A stretch of 64,000 nt of DNA from Candidatus Omnitrophota bacterium (GTDB lineage: Bacteria; Omnitrophota; Gorgyraeia; Pluralincolimonadales; Pluralincolimonadaceae), in contig PLNR01000011.1 of assembly GCA_003141835.1 (NCBI GenBank), forward strand, positions 107,804 through 171,803. Direction: 5' to 3'. Position numbers and translations under genes: made by a program. The notes beneath the pieces were generated by a model. The model was not told the DNA's origin. It searched no databases and saw only the letters and a program-made list of their open reading frames with translations. Positions 9,783 through 20,370 of this stretch are shown in pieces; the stretch's first letter is position 1; each line of letters starts with the position of its first letter.

Positions 9783-10768
9783 ACCGGCCTCCTTAGCATA
9801 TTTTGCGCCCTTAGCCCGTCACAAAAAGACCGGAGCGTGACAGGCTCGTAATATCTTTTTACCTTATCCAGAATATCCCTGAACATCTCCTCTTTTCTTT
9901 CCAGGCCAAGGCGGAAGCCCGGGTGGTTAAGGGATAATTTATCGCTTCCGGAGGAGAGCATGTCCGTCGAATGGAAGTTATAATTGAGGTTCCCTCCCCG
10001 TGCCCTCGTGGACCAGAGGCCGAAGTCAAACAGCCCGGGGCCCATTAGAAATAAAAATGTGGTATTGAACGGCATCCCAAGGAACGGAACTACGCTCAGC
10101 GGCACTTCCAGGATCTTCCTGCCGGCACTTTTCCGCCAGAACCTGCCCTGGCTCGGCGTATACGGCTCCATCGGCGAAAAAATCGAATAAAAAACCTCAG
10201 CCGGCAGGTTTTTAAAGATACGGGATTTAGGGACCTCGTCCAGGTTTACATAACTGGCCCTCCTCATGAGGGGATATGCGGGAAACTTATAGAGCGAGGA
10301 ATCATAGGAATATCCCATCCTGTCCAGTATCTCTATAGTCTCCTCATCCACATCGTATCCCGGGACACGGAATCCCACCGGCGCCTCCCCGCAAGTATCC
10401 TTTATGAGCTGCGTAGACTCGGCGATGTCCTTATACTTCTCGCTCTTTGGCATGAGCGAAAAAGCAAATCTATGGTCCAAACTGTGGTTTGCTACCTCAT
10501 GGCCCTTTAATATGATCTCCCTGACGGCTTTTTGGGTGGCCGGCTTGCGGCAATCACTCGCCACGACAAAGAAAGTGGCTTTTATGCCTCGCTCGTCGAA
10601 TAACTTCAGGAACCTCGGCACAGCCAACTCGTACACGGGATCCTTGCCGTTAAAGCCACTCTCCTTCTTGCCGTAGAACTTAAGCACTGAGTCGATCGAA
10701 TCAACGTCTACCGATATAGTGCAGCGAGGCGTTTTGTCCGGAGAAACCATTTTATGCTTATGCCCCAT
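9779..10768 (-). CDS. Polysaccharide deacetylase family protein (NodB-homology, ArnD/PgdA-like).
   Basis: GHEVANHSLDH matches the NodB metal-binding motif HE(V/I)xNHS..H. 329 aa. Confidence 0.62.
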   Translation of the reverse strand: MGHKHKMVSPDKTPRCTISVDVDSIDSVLKFYGKKESGFNGKDPVYELAVPRFLKLFDERGIKATFFVVASDCRKPATQKAVREIILKGHEVANHSLDHRFAFSLMPKSEKYKDIAESTQLIKDTCGEAPVGFRVPGYDVDEETIEILDRMGYSYDSSLYKFPAYPLMRRASYVNLDEVPKSRIFKNLPAEVFYSIFSPMEPYTPSQGRFWRKSAGRKILEVPLSVVPFLGMPFNTTFLFLMGPGLFDFGLWSTRARGGNLNYNFHSTDMLSSGSDKLSLNHPGFRLGLERKEEMFRDILDKVKRYYEPVTLRSFCDGLRAQNMLRRPV

Positions 10769-11363
10769 TCCTGTCCTTTACCTCAAAATAATCACCAAGA
10801 TCGTCGGTGTATTCTATCCCGAGTTTCTTGAGCATCTTTATCGATCTCGCGTTCTTCTTGGATACGGCGGAGTGCGGCTCGAACTTCAGTTTCCTTATAA
10901 GATCGAGTTGTTTCCCGAGAGCGGCTGTCCCTATGCCCTTGCCCTGCCATTTATCGGATACGAATATGGCGTACGACGCCCTCTTTGGGAATAATAACCT
11001 TATAAGGGCATATCCGACCAGATCGTCGTTATGGAAGATGCCCAGCGGGATATGCGAGACCATTTTAAATATCTTCTCAATAGACCCGGCGTCCGTCTTG
11101 TGCGGCATCACATAGTCCGGGCCGCCGGCCTTTATTGAATATTTGAAAAAGTCGCAGACCTTGGCCTGACCGGAAGCGCCAAGTACCCTGATCACGAACT
11201 CCTCCCCGCCTGCGGAAAAGGCCTCGGCATAACCCTTTGACGGGCCTAACTGCCCGGATAAGAATGACTTTATATACAATTCGTTCACAGACAGGATAAG
11301 CTTATAGAGGAAGCCCTGCTTTTTCTGTATATTCAGCATAAAATTAAGGAGGTTCTTGTTCAT
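10758..11363 (-). CDS. GNAT-family N-acetyltransferase.
   Basis: Q/R-x-x-G-x-G/A-like acetyl-CoA loop (WQGKGIGTAAL). 201 aa. Confidence 0.7.
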   Translation of the reverse strand: MNKNLLNFMLNIQKKQGFLYKLILSVNELYIKSFLSGQLGPSKGYAEAFSAGGEEFVIRVLGASGQAKVCDFFKYSIKAGGPDYVMPHKTDAGSIEKIFKMVSHIPLGIFHNDDLVGYALIRLLFPKRASYAIFVSDKWQGKGIGTAALGKQLDLIRKLKFEPHSAVSKKNARSIKMLKKLGIEYTDDLGDYFEVKDRNGA

Positions 11364-12343
11364 CTTGCCTTAAGCAGCGAGCGCCTGCGCTCCTCTATCG
11401 TAAGCCTTATGCCATCGGTTATCTTAACGCCCGGGCGGTATCCGAGGACCGCCTTCGCTTTCCGCAGGTCCGGCACCCTCCTAGTTATCTCTTCATACGT
11501 GCCGAATATCCTCTTGTGCGGGATGAATTTTATTTTAAGCCGTTTCCCGGTAGCCGCGATCTTATGGATAAGATAAGCGGTATCCGCGACACTCATCTCC
11601 TCGTCATTACCGATATTAAATATTTCGCCCGCCGCTTTCGGGCTTTCCATGGCAAGGACCGTCCCCCGCACCACGTCATCTACATAGGCCATGGACCGGG
11701 TCTGTTTCCCGTCGCCGTGGATCAGTACTTCCTTATCGTTAAGGATGGCGTCTATGAACAGGGGCACATGCCCGCCGCTCCAGCTGAAGCTCGCCCTCGG
11801 GCTGAAACTCCCGAAATAGCGCAGCACGACAACCGGCACGTTAAATTCCTTGAAATAAGCGAAAGCTAATTGTTCCGCATAGATCTTTGACGCGGCATAA
11901 GCCCATCTCTTCGCGGTCGGGGGGCCGATCACCAGGTTCCCGTCTTCCTTGAAAGGCAAATCCCTGGAAACGCCGTAAACGTCGGAAGTCGAAGCGAGTA
12001 TGACCTTTGCCCGCCTTTTCCTGGCGATCTCCAAGACATTGCGCGTTCCCTCGGCGTTGATCCTCAAAGTATTGAAGGCGTCACCCTTCTCATCGATCTT
12101 CTTGGATGCGGCTAAATGCACGATGGTATCGATATCCCCGGCGGCGCGCTCCAGTTTTTTAGGGTCCAGTATGTCGCATTTTACGAATTTAAAATTAATA
12201 TTGTCCAGGTTATGCTTAATATTGGGCATCCTGCCGACCTTAAGATTATCTATACCCGTGACTTTATAACCAGTTCCAAGCAGGGAATCCAAAAGATGGG
12301 ACCCTATCATCCCTGCTACCCCTGTTATCAGGACTTTTTTCAT
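11360..12343 (-). CDS. NAD-dependent sugar-nucleotide epimerase/dehydratase (extended SDR).
   Basis: TGVAGMIGSHL Rossmann motif and YxxxK region. 327 aa. Confidence 0.8.
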   Translation of the reverse strand: MKKVLITGVAGMIGSHLLDSLLGTGYKVTGIDNLKVGRMPNIKHNLDNINFKFVKCDILDPKKLERAAGDIDTIVHLAASKKIDEKGDAFNTLRINAEGTRNVLEIARKRRAKVILASTSDVYGVSRDLPFKEDGNLVIGPPTAKRWAYAASKIYAEQLAFAYFKEFNVPVVVLRYFGSFSPRASFSWSGGHVPLFIDAILNDKEVLIHGDGKQTRSMAYVDDVVRGTVLAMESPKAAGEIFNIGNDEEMSVADTAYLIHKIAATGKRLKIKFIPHKRIFGTYEEITRRVPDLRKAKAVLGYRPGVKITDGIRLTIEERRRSLLKAR

Positions 12344-12349
12344 TATCGC

Positions 12350-13414
12350 TTATCCCTTATGTTTTTCCAGGATATCTGCTATTTTTTTGTGCGCTGTCCC
12401 GTTCCCGTAGACGCTTTCGGGATCGGCATGTTTTCTCGGGCCCTTATAAATATCCCTAACCGCCTTGACCAGTCTTTCCCCGGAAGCGCCGACGAGCGCG
12501 TTCATGCCTTTATCCACGGTTTCAACCCACTCGGTTTCGTTGCGTAAAGTGACGCAGGGGACCCCAAAAATGAAAGCCTCTTTCTGCACTCCCCCGGAAT
12601 CCGTAATTATCACTGGCGCGTCCTTTTCCAGCTTTAGCATCTCGATATAACCGACAGGCCCGATGAGCTTGATATTCCCGGATACCTTGATGCCGTATTT
12701 CTTCAAGCACCCGGCCGTCCTTGGGTGGAGAGGGATCAAGACCTCCTTCCCCAGTTTAGCCAGTCCCGCAAATATTTGCCTCAGGTTCGCGGGATCATCG
12801 GTATTTTCCGCCCTGTGTATCGTGCATAAAATACGGCCTCTCCCGGCCGCGGTAAGCCCTGCCTTATCGATAATGCGCCGGTATTTTTTTATGGAATCAT
12901 ACATGACATCGCCGACCAAGTATACGCCATTCGTCTTACCTTCTTTTTTCAAGTTTCCCACCGCGGTCTTTGTGGGACAGAAGAACAGGCTGGAAACGCC
13001 ATCCGCAACTATCCTGTTGATCTCTTCCGGCATCCTCTTATTATAGCTTCTCAGGCCGGCCTCGATATGCGCGACGGCGATATTCAATTTGGCGGCTGCG
13101 AGCGCCCCGGCTAAAGTGGAATTTGTATCCCCGTATACCAGGACGATATCAGGCTTATCTTTTACCAATATTTTTTCTATTCCCGCAAGCATCCCGGCCG
13201 TCTGCTCCCCGTGCCGGGCCGAACCTACGCCGAGGTTATAATCCGGCCTTGGAATTTTCAGTTCTTTGAAAAATATCCCGGACATGCACTTATCGTAATG
13301 CTGGCCTGTGTGGATGACTACCTCTTTTATATTCCTCGACCTAAGCTCCCGGGAAACCAGGGCCATCTTTACGAATTGGGGCCTTGCCCCTATGACCGTC
13401 GCTATCTTTTTCAT
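12350..13414 (-). CDS. UDP-N-acetylglucosamine 2-epimerase (WecB/WbpI/NeuC family).
   Basis: N-terminus [13 protein letters not shown]…HTGQHYD is diagnostic for the family. 354 aa. Confidence 0.85.
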   Translation of the reverse strand: MKKIATVIGARPQFVKMALVSRELRSRNIKEVVIHTGQHYDKCMSGIFFKELKIPRPDYNLGVGSARHGEQTAGMLAGIEKILVKDKPDIVLVYGDTNSTLAGALAAAKLNIAVAHIEAGLRSYNKRMPEEINRIVADGVSSLFFCPTKTAVGNLKKEGKTNGVYLVGDVMYDSIKKYRRIIDKAGLTAAGRGRILCTIHRAENTDDPANLRQIFAGLAKLGKEVLIPLHPRTAGCLKKYGIKVSGNIKLIGPVGYIEMLKLEKDAPVIITDSGGVQKEAFIFGVPCVTLRNETEWVETVDKGMNALVGASGERLVKAVRDIYKGPRKHADPESVYGNGTAHKKIADILEKHKG

Positions 13415-14004
13415 CTATTTTCGCGCACTACTTTTGTTTTATTCTTTTTGTATTTCTTCAGGCAATTTTTGCACACGGCCCGGCCGTTCCTGAAATCCAG
13501 CTTCTCCCCGCATTCGCACATCCATCCGCATAACGCGGCCGGGTTGCCGTAAACAAGCGCGTAGTCCGGGACGTCTTTTGTAACAACCGATCCCGCTCCG
13601 GCGAAGGCATAAGCGCCGATCGTGTTGCCGCATATGATAGTCGCGTTGGCACCTATGCTGGCGCCGCGCTTGACCAGCGTATGCCGGATCTCGTCCATCC
13701 TCGGGACGGCGCTCCTGGGGTTGAATACGTTGGTAAAGACGCAGGAGGGCCCGCAGAATACGTCGTCCTCAAGCGTCACGCCCTTGTAAACCGAAACGTT
13801 GTTCTGGACCTTGACATTATTCCCTATCGACACATCCGGCCCGATCACGACGTTTTGCCCGATCCTGCAATCCTTTCCGACCCTGGAACCTTTCAATATG
13901 TGGGAAAAATGCCATATCTGAGTCCCCGCCCCTACCGTTGCGCCTTTATCCACATAGGAGGATTTATGGGCGCTGAAGACCTTCTTCTTGTTATTCTTTT
14001 CCAA
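13411..14004 (-). CDS. Left-handed beta-helix (hexapeptide) sugar N-acetyltransferase, WbpD/PglD-like, with a C-terminal Cys-rich tail.
   Basis: Repeated [LIV]GxxxxI hexapeptides. Tail motif [23 protein letters not shown]. Confidence 0.78.
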   Translation of the reverse strand: MEKNNKKKVFSAHKSSYVDKGATVGAGTQIWHFSHILKGSRVGKDCRIGQNVVIGPDVSIGNNVKVQNNVSVYKGVTLEDDVFCGPSCVFTNVFNPRSAVPRMDEIRHTLVKRGASIGANATIICGNTIGAYAFAGAGSVVTKDVPDYALVYGNPAALCGWMCECGEKLDFRNGRAVCKNCLKKYKKNKTKVVRENR

Positions 14005-15007
14005 TTTTTACCGGCCTCCCGTTTTTATCGAGGGACTTTTGCGCGGCGGTCAGCACCCTCAGGACCTGCAACCCGTTCTTTCCGTCAGTCACGGGCCTCG
14101 TATTGTTCTTTATTGAATCGATGAAATGCTGGCATTCGACTTTTAAGGGCTCGACCATGTCGATCCTGGGTATATGTATATCCCCCTCGCGTATGGTCAG
14201 GAACGCGTCATAACTGCTTTGCCCCTTCTGCCAATCGACGCCTTTATCGTAAACGCGTATCTTTTCCGTCGCTTCCATATCGTCGAATACGACCATTTTC
14301 TTCGAACCCACGACCGTAAATTTCCTTACCTTATGGGGGTCGAGCCAGCTGGCGTGAATGTGCGCCATCATCTTGTTATCGAAATTCAGCGACACGAAGA
14401 CCACATCTTGTACCGAATCGCGGATATAGCATTTGCCCGTGGCCGAGACCTCTTTCGGCATCTTATCAGCCAGGTAGATGGCGAGCGATATGTCATGGGC
14501 TGTCAGGCTCCATAAGGCATTCTCCTCGGCCCTCACCTGCCCCAAGTTCACGCGGGTGGAATACATGTAATTCAGATCCCCCAACGAACCGTCTTCGATG
14601 TATGATTTAAGTTTCTTCGCGGCGGGATGGTAAAGCAGCAAATGGCCTACCATAAGGATCTTTTTGCTCTTCTCCGCCATCCTGACCATCTTTTCCGCGT
14701 CTTCAACGCTCAGCGCCAGGGGTTTTTCTACGAATACGTGTTTCCCGGATGAGAGCGCCTTTAACGTGAGCCGGGCGTGGGTCTCGGAGGGCGTGGTTAT
14801 GACGACCCCGTCTATCTCTTTGTCTTTTATTATGTCGTCGAAATCATGTGTAAACTTTGTGCCGCACCTGAGGCTCTCCGGAATTTTATCCAAAGCCTCC
14901 TTATTTTTGTCGCAGCAAGTCTTTAAGCAGCAATTTTTCAAGCCCGAAAAGACCCTGAAATGATTTTTACCCCAGAAACCCACTCCTGCCTGGCCAAGTA
15001 CGATCAT
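13991..15007 (-). CDS. Gfo/Idh/MocA-family NAD-dependent sugar-nucleotide oxidoreductase (WbpB-like).
   Basis: N-terminal Rossmann motif [12 protein letters not shown] with an EKPLALS-type motif. 338 aa. Confidence 0.8.
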   Translation of the reverse strand: MIVLGQAGVGFWGKNHFRVFSGLKNCCLKTCCDKNKEALDKIPESLRCGTKFTHDFDDIIKDKEIDGVVITTPSETHARLTLKALSSGKHVFVEKPLALSVEDAEKMVRMAEKSKKILMVGHLLLYHPAAKKLKSYIEDGSLGDLNYMYSTRVNLGQVRAEENALWSLTAHDISLAIYLADKMPKEVSATGKCYIRDSVQDVVFVSLNFDNKMMAHIHASWLDPHKVRKFTVVGSKKMVVFDDMEATEKIRVYDKGVDWQKGQSSYDAFLTIREGDIHIPRIDMVEPLKVECQHFIDSIKNNTRPVTDGKNGLQVLRVLTAAQKSLDKNGRPVKIGKE

Positions 15008-16131
15008 TGCGGACCTCCTCTTCGTTCTGTCAGTTCCCGATACAGCCCTTCAAGGCTTTGGACATAATCTTTGGGCAAGTAAGCCGACTCAATCTTTTTT
15101 CTCGACCTGGCGGCGAAATCGCCGCGCAATGGTTTGTCGTTATACAACTCCAAGATCCTGTTTTTCAAAGCTTCAGGGTCTCCGGGCGGGACTAAAAACC
15201 CGTCCTCCCCTTCTCTTACGATTTCGGGTATGCCGCTGATATCCGAGGCCACCACCGGCAGTCCCGTATACATCGCCTCGATCAAAGTACGCGGGAAACC
15301 TTCCTGCAAAGACGGCAGGACAAACACATCCATCGCCTTCATAAGCCCGGGAATATCAAACCTGGCCCCTAAGAAAACTACTTTGTTTTCGATCCCCAGG
15401 GACCGGGCCAGGGCCGTCAATTCCGCCCTGCTCTCCCCTTCGCCTATGATAAGTGTTTTCAGCCGCGGTATCTGCCCATCGAGCCCCTTGACAGCTTCTA
15501 TCAAGAACCTGTGCCCTTTTTTAGGGATAAGCGAACCTACGGTCCCGACTATGAAATCTTCGCCAGAAAACCCGTATTTTTTCCTTAGGGCCTCTTTCGT
15601 CCCGGGAATATTAAATCTCTCCGCATCCACCGCGTTGTAGATAAGATAAAATTTATCTTCAGCTATGCCTTCCTGCTTACGGGTAAAATCCAGGACAGAC
15701 CTGGAGCAGACGATGATCCTGTCGGTGAAACCGGCCAATATCCTGTCCAGGATAACGTGGTAAAATTTCTTCTCCGTATACATGCTTCTTTCCTCGGTCA
15801 CGATAAAGCGCGGATTACAAAACAGCGAGGCGGCCCTCCCGAAGAAATTTGCATAAAAAAGCGACGTATGCAAGATATCCGGCTTCTCCTTCTCCAGGAT
15901 CAAGGCTATCTTTCTTATCAAAGATATGTTAAAGAGCCTCGCCTTGCTATCCAGGCATGTCACCTTGAAGCCCAGCTTTTCGATCTCTTCCGCGATCCGC
16001 CCCTTCTTTTCTATGCTGACTACGCTGCAGTCGAAACGGCTTTTGTCTATGTTCTTTAAAGTCGTCAGCAGGCCCACTTCCGCGCCGCCGTAATCCAAAT
16101 GCACAAAAAGGAAAAGGACTTTTATCTTCAT
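15004..16131 (-). CDS. Glycosyltransferase, GT4 family.
   Basis: GT-B fold with the C-terminal EGFPRTLIEAMYTGLPVVASD motif. 375 aa. Confidence 0.82.
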   Translation of the reverse strand: MKIKVLFLFVHLDYGGAEVGLLTTLKNIDKSRFDCSVVSIEKKGRIAEEIEKLGFKVTCLDSKARLFNISLIRKIALILEKEKPDILHTSLFYANFFGRAASLFCNPRFIVTEERSMYTEKKFYHVILDRILAGFTDRIIVCSRSVLDFTRKQEGIAEDKFYLIYNAVDAERFNIPGTKEALRKKYGFSGEDFIVGTVGSLIPKKGHRFLIEAVKGLDGQIPRLKTLIIGEGESRAELTALARSLGIENKVVFLGARFDIPGLMKAMDVFVLPSLQEGFPRTLIEAMYTGLPVVASDISGIPEIVREGEDGFLVPPGDPEALKNRILELYNDKPLRGDFAARSRKKIESAYLPKDYVQSLEGLYRELTERRGGPQ

Positions 16132-16973
16132 CTTAATTTTTTAAGGATGAGGCTGAATTGGGGAGCGCAAGCCGGGAAAAAGACCTTATTGACCGTCCCG
16201 GCGGCCCTTGGCCGCTCTTTGTAATGATAGATTATTTTAGCCTCGTACCCCTTAAAAACGCCTTTAACCAGGCCCGGTATATCGAACCCTTTACCGGGGT
16301 CTATCTTTTTCCCCGCGTTAGGCGAATGTATATCGACGTATTTTAACAGCTCCGCAACAGGTAAAGGCTTCCCGATAGTCTTGTCCGAGAGCAGCCTCTC
16401 GTTCACTCGCCTGCATATCGCTTCATATGAAGGGCCGGCTTTTGAAGCACCTCCTATCCTGGCGATGATCCTGTAGAGCAATGACAAGGGCCGGTTCGCC
16501 CAAAACTTCCGGTTCGCCTCAAAACCTATCACCAGGAAGCCGCCGTCCTTTAAAACACGCCCTGCCTCCCCGGCAAAGCTTTCAATAGAGGGGAAATGGT
16601 GCATCGCCGCGTTACAGGTGACGATATCGAAGGTCCCGGCCTTAAAAGGCAGGTTTTCCGCATCGGAAATTATATAGCCGAGGCGCACACCCCTGTTTTC
16701 GTTCGACTGCCTTGTCTTGTTAAGCATCCCGAAGGAGATATCTGAACATATAAAATTGTATTTCCCGGCATTTAAGCTTGACGGGACCAGGCCTGTGCCC
16801 GTGCCGATGTCCAGGATATCCGCGTGTTCTTTGCCTTTGAAATAACCTTCAAAAAAACTTTTATAGAAAAGGGACTCGGCATCGATCCTGGACCTGTGCC
16901 TTTTTTCAAAGAACGCCGCTTCTTCGTCATGAAAATACCGGTTGATCTTTTTAATAAGCGCGTTTTCCGTCAT
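16128..16973 (-). CDS. Class I SAM-dependent methyltransferase.
   Basis: ILDIGTGTGLV motif I and AAMHHF post-II motif. 281 aa. Confidence 0.75.
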   Translation of the reverse strand: MTENALIKKINRYFHDEEAAFFEKRHRSRIDAESLFYKSFFEGYFKGKEHADILDIGTGTGLVPSSLNAGKYNFICSDISFGMLNKTRQSNENRGVRLGYIISDAENLPFKAGTFDIVTCNAAMHHFPSIESFAGEAGRVLKDGGFLVIGFEANRKFWANRPLSLLYRIIARIGGASKAGPSYEAICRRVNERLLSDKTIGKPLPVAELLKYVDIHSPNAGKKIDPGKGFDIPGLVKGVFKGYEAKIIYHYKERPRAAGTVNKVFFPACAPQFSLILKKLR

Positions 16974-16991
16974 TTTTATCCCTGTATTCCC

Positions 16992-18017
16992 TTAGAAGAC
17001 TCTTTGAAAAATAAACCGTGCTAAAAGGTTAAAATCATAAGGGTGCGTCCTCAATGCTTCTAAAAAATAACGCCTGGCGCTGATGGCATCGTTCCTCTTC
17101 GAATAAGCCATCGCTATAATATACTTAAATCTTGACGTCATTTTATTTATCTCCCCGGAGCGTTTATTACAAACACCCATAAAAGCATAAAAGACTTTTT
17201 CCATAGCCTTCACTCCATTCCCCATCTCCTCGTCCCCCAGAGAAACAGGAGAATGGAATGTCTTAGATATGCTTATCGCCTCTTCATTAGATATATTTAT
17301 GCCGGCAAGGGTAAGGGCGTTTTTTTTAATGATCTTAGAAGCCTCTAAAATAAATCTCTCGGCTCTGTGTATAGCGCTCGAGGAGTTGCTATGCATCCTC
17401 AAAGACACCAAGGGTTCTTCTATGTTGGTAAACTCGTAACCGGCCTCCAACGCTCTCGACCATAAATCATAATCTTGGCCCAATACAAAACTTTCGTCAT
17501 ACCCGCCAAGGCTCAATAACGCGTCTTTACGTATAATAACGGAAGAATGGATCATGGGGTTGCTGAACAGTATTTCCATCCTTAAACGAAAACCATCGCA
17601 GGAGGCGTGCACCTTGCCTGTTCTTTTTCCGTTCTCATCTATGACAATAGCTGATGTCCCTAACAGCGCGATATCATGCCTGTTTATTAAAAAATTTATC
17701 TGCTTTTGAAATCTGTGTTTATTACAAATGTCATCCTGGTCCATCCTGGCCACAAACTCGCCTGCGGCAGATTCGATCGCCAGATTAAGCGATTTCGACT
17801 GACCGATATTCAAATTGTTTTGAAGAAACCTGATCCTGGAATCTTTATAGCTTTTAATTTTTTCTGGAGAGCCGTCCGTGCTGGCATCGTCTATAATAAT
17901 AAATTCAAAATCGCCGTATGTCTGGCCCAAAACGCTTTCTATGGCGCGTGCCAGGAACTTTTCCCCGTTATATACAGGCATCGCTACGCTTATCTTTACC
18001 GGATATTTATCTGTCAT
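16992..18017 (-). CDS. Glycosyltransferase, GT2 family.
   Basis: VSVAMPVYNGEKFL…FEFIIIDDASTDGS. 341 aa. Confidence 0.85.
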   Translation of the reverse strand: MTDKYPVKISVAMPVYNGEKFLARAIESVLGQTYGDFEFIIIDDASTDGSPEKIKSYKDSRIRFLQNNLNIGQSKSLNLAIESAAGEFVARMDQDDICNKHRFQKQINFLINRHDIALLGTSAIVIDENGKRTGKVHASCDGFRLRMEILFSNPMIHSSVIIRKDALLSLGGYDESFVLGQDYDLWSRALEAGYEFTNIEEPLVSLRMHSNSSSAIHRAERFILEASKIIKKNALTLAGINISNEEAISISKTFHSPVSLGDEEMGNGVKAMEKVFYAFMGVCNKRSGEINKMTSRFKYIIAMAYSKRNDAISARRYFLEALRTHPYDFNLLARFIFQRVF

Positions 18018-18898
18018 TTCGCCGAAACGCCGGAGTAGTCATTCAATAAGTAATCCCTCAGCGCGTCCTTCCAGTTACGCATACCGTCAAGCCCGATCTC
18101 TTTCAGGCGAGAATTCTCCATGGCTTCTGACCGCCCCCTGGGAGCCGGCAACGGAAACACGGAAGAGCTTACCGGAACTATCTCGACTTTGTTCAGCCCC
18201 AGGATATTCTTGATTTCGAGCGCTATATCATATCGCGAAACCATCCCATGATTGGCCATGTGGTATAGCCCGGGGCTGCCTCTCTCTATCAACTTTCCGG
18301 TGCATGCCAGGAGATCCTTGGCATAAGTCAGGCTTCCGAATTTATCATTTACGGCCTTGATGGAATTGGATCCGGCCATCATGCGCGCTATCTTCCCGAC
18401 AAACTTAACATCCTTGCCGCCGCCACCCACCATCCATCCTGCTCGTATTATAAAATAATCTTTGAGCCGCGAAGCAATTATACCTTCGGCCTCAAGTTTA
18501 GTTTTACCATAAAAATTCAACGGCCCTGTCTTGTCCGCCTCTATATACGGAAGCGGTTTCGAACCGTCAAAAACCGCGGCGGAACTTAAAAATACAAGCT
18601 TCACCCCGTTATTCTTACAGGCTGACACGACGTTTTCCGTGCCCGTGACATTGACCTTACGAGCCCAATCCCTGTCAGTTTCACATCTATCAACATCCGT
18701 AGCGGCAGCGAGGTGCAGCACCAGGCCAGGAGAAGTTTTTTCTACCGCGATCATTACAGAATCGCGATCGCATATGTTTAAATCTGCCAAGTCGGTAAGT
18801 ATGCATTCGGCATCATTAAATACCTGTTTCACATAACTGCCGACCATGCCGGAACCGCCGGTAACCAAAATACGGGTTATGCTATTAATCTTCGGCAT
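18014..18898 (-). CDS. RmlD-like NAD(P)-dependent 4-ketosugar reductase (dTDP-4-dehydrorhamnose reductase family). Second copy in the window.
   Basis: VTGGSGMVGSY and HLAAATDVDRCETD resemble the RmlD substrate-binding region. 294 aa. Confidence 0.68.
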   Translation of the reverse strand: MPKINSITRILVTGGSGMVGSYVKQVFNDAECILTDLADLNICDRDSVMIAVEKTSPGLVLHLAAATDVDRCETDRDWARKVNVTGTENVVSACKNNGVKLVFLSSAAVFDGSKPLPYIEADKTGPLNFYGKTKLEAEGIIASRLKDYFIIRAGWMVGGGGKDVKFVGKIARMMAGSNSIKAVNDKFGSLTYAKDLLACTGKLIERGSPGLYHMANHGMVSRYDIALEIKNILGLNKVEIVPVSSSVFPLPAPRGRSEAMENSRLKEIGLDGMRNWKDALRDYLLNDYSGVSAK

Positions 18899-20370
18899 GA
18901 CGATATTCCTTTTTTTATCAGGCCCAAAGGATCGTTGAACATTTTGGCAGCAAGTTTCCTGGAAAATAATACAGGGTGTTTTTTATAAAATTCCATCTGG
19001 AGGTAGCTGTAGCCCTCTTCGAATATCTTTCTGACATCATCACCGCTCCATTTATCCGTGGAAATGGAACAGCTTGTGATATATAAGTTATCTAAAAATG
19101 ATTTTTCGTCGATATAGCCTTCCTTAAGGGACCTCGCGTAAAGCTCCGATCCGGGATAAGGCGTGGCCACGGAGACAAAAGGCTTGTAGATGCCGATTTT
19201 TTTTGCGAAATTGTAGCTGTCCCACATCTCGCCGACCGTCTCTCCGGGCATGCCTATTATAAGAAAAATGTTCGCATCAAGGCCTATGCTTTTCGCGTGC
19301 TTAATAAGGACTTCGACCTTTTTTAAATTAACGGGTTTTTTTATCACATCCCTAAGGACCCTTTCACTGCCCGACTCTACTGCAATATTAAGCTTGTAGC
19401 AGCCGGCCTCTTTCATTTTGTCGATAAGACCCTCGGTAAGCGCGAAAGCGGCGACGCCGTTAGGAGTATCCCATTTGAAATCCAGTTTTTCTTTTATCAT
19501 GAGATCGAATATCTCTTCGGCGCGGTTGACATCGAGGGTTACATTATCGTCTTCAAATAAAAGTTCCTCTATTTGATATTTTTCTTTAAGGTCCCTCATT
19601 TCTTCTATAACATTCATAGGGGATCTTTTCCTGAACGTCTTTCCCCACACATGATGGGCAGTGCAAAAACTGCAGCCCACCGGGCATCCTCGCGAGGTTA
19701 TAATGGGGGAAAATCTGCGGCACATCCTTTTGCCGTGCGACGCCTCCAGGCCAAAGTATTTCTCCATGCTTAATAAATGCCTTGCAGGGAAAGGGATGCT
19801 ATCGAGATCTTTAATAAACCGCTGTTTGGGAATAATTTTGATAATATCTTTATCCCTATATCCTATGCCGTCAAGGCTTGAGAGATCCGCCCTTCCTTCT
19901 ATAGCCCCTATTAAAGCTATCAGGCTCTCTTCTCCTTCGCCAAGCACAACGTAATCCACATTTTTGTCCGCCAATACATTCTCCGGCATCACCGTGGCAT
20001 GCGCCCCGCCAGCAATTACGATAATATCTTTACTGACATTTTTTGCAATCCTGTATATATCGTGAGCATTCCTTCTCTGCCTTGTAAAGAGATTATTTAC
20101 TCCTACGATATCAGGAGCGAAATTTCTTATAATACTTTCAATTTCGTCAATCCCCAGCCCGATCTTTATAATATTCTCCGCCACATCGGTCCTTGAGTCC
20201 CAGCCTTCTATCAGGCAATCGACGATTTTTACCTGAATACCGTTTTTTTCTAAAACACTTCCCAGATACGCAAGCCCAAGCGGAGGGAGCGGATTGATAT
20301 CTAATAAGTCCTTAAAGGTAAACGCGGATGGTGTAAAAAGAAGTATTTTTTTTATTTTTCTTTTAAGCAT
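18877..20370 (-). CDS. B12-binding (class B) radical SAM enzyme.
   Basis: N-terminal cobalamin-binding Rossmann region (PLPPLGLAYLGSVL…VKIVD) plus the CxxxCxxC motif TSRGCPVGCSFC. 497 aa. Confidence 0.85.
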   Translation of the reverse strand: MLKRKIKKILLFTPSAFTFKDLLDINPLPPLGLAYLGSVLEKNGIQVKIVDCLIEGWDSRTDVAENIIKIGLGIDEIESIIRNFAPDIVGVNNLFTRQRRNAHDIYRIAKNVSKDIIVIAGGAHATVMPENVLADKNVDYVVLGEGEESLIALIGAIEGRADLSSLDGIGYRDKDIIKIIPKQRFIKDLDSIPFPARHLLSMEKYFGLEASHGKRMCRRFSPIITSRGCPVGCSFCTAHHVWGKTFRKRSPMNVIEEMRDLKEKYQIEELLFEDDNVTLDVNRAEEIFDLMIKEKLDFKWDTPNGVAAFALTEGLIDKMKEAGCYKLNIAVESGSERVLRDVIKKPVNLKKVEVLIKHAKSIGLDANIFLIIGMPGETVGEMWDSYNFAKKIGIYKPFVSVATPYPGSELYARSLKEGYIDEKSFLDNLYITSCSISTDKWSGDDVRKIFEEGYSYLQMEFYKKHPVLFSRKLAAKMFNDPLGLIKKGISSCRRLIA

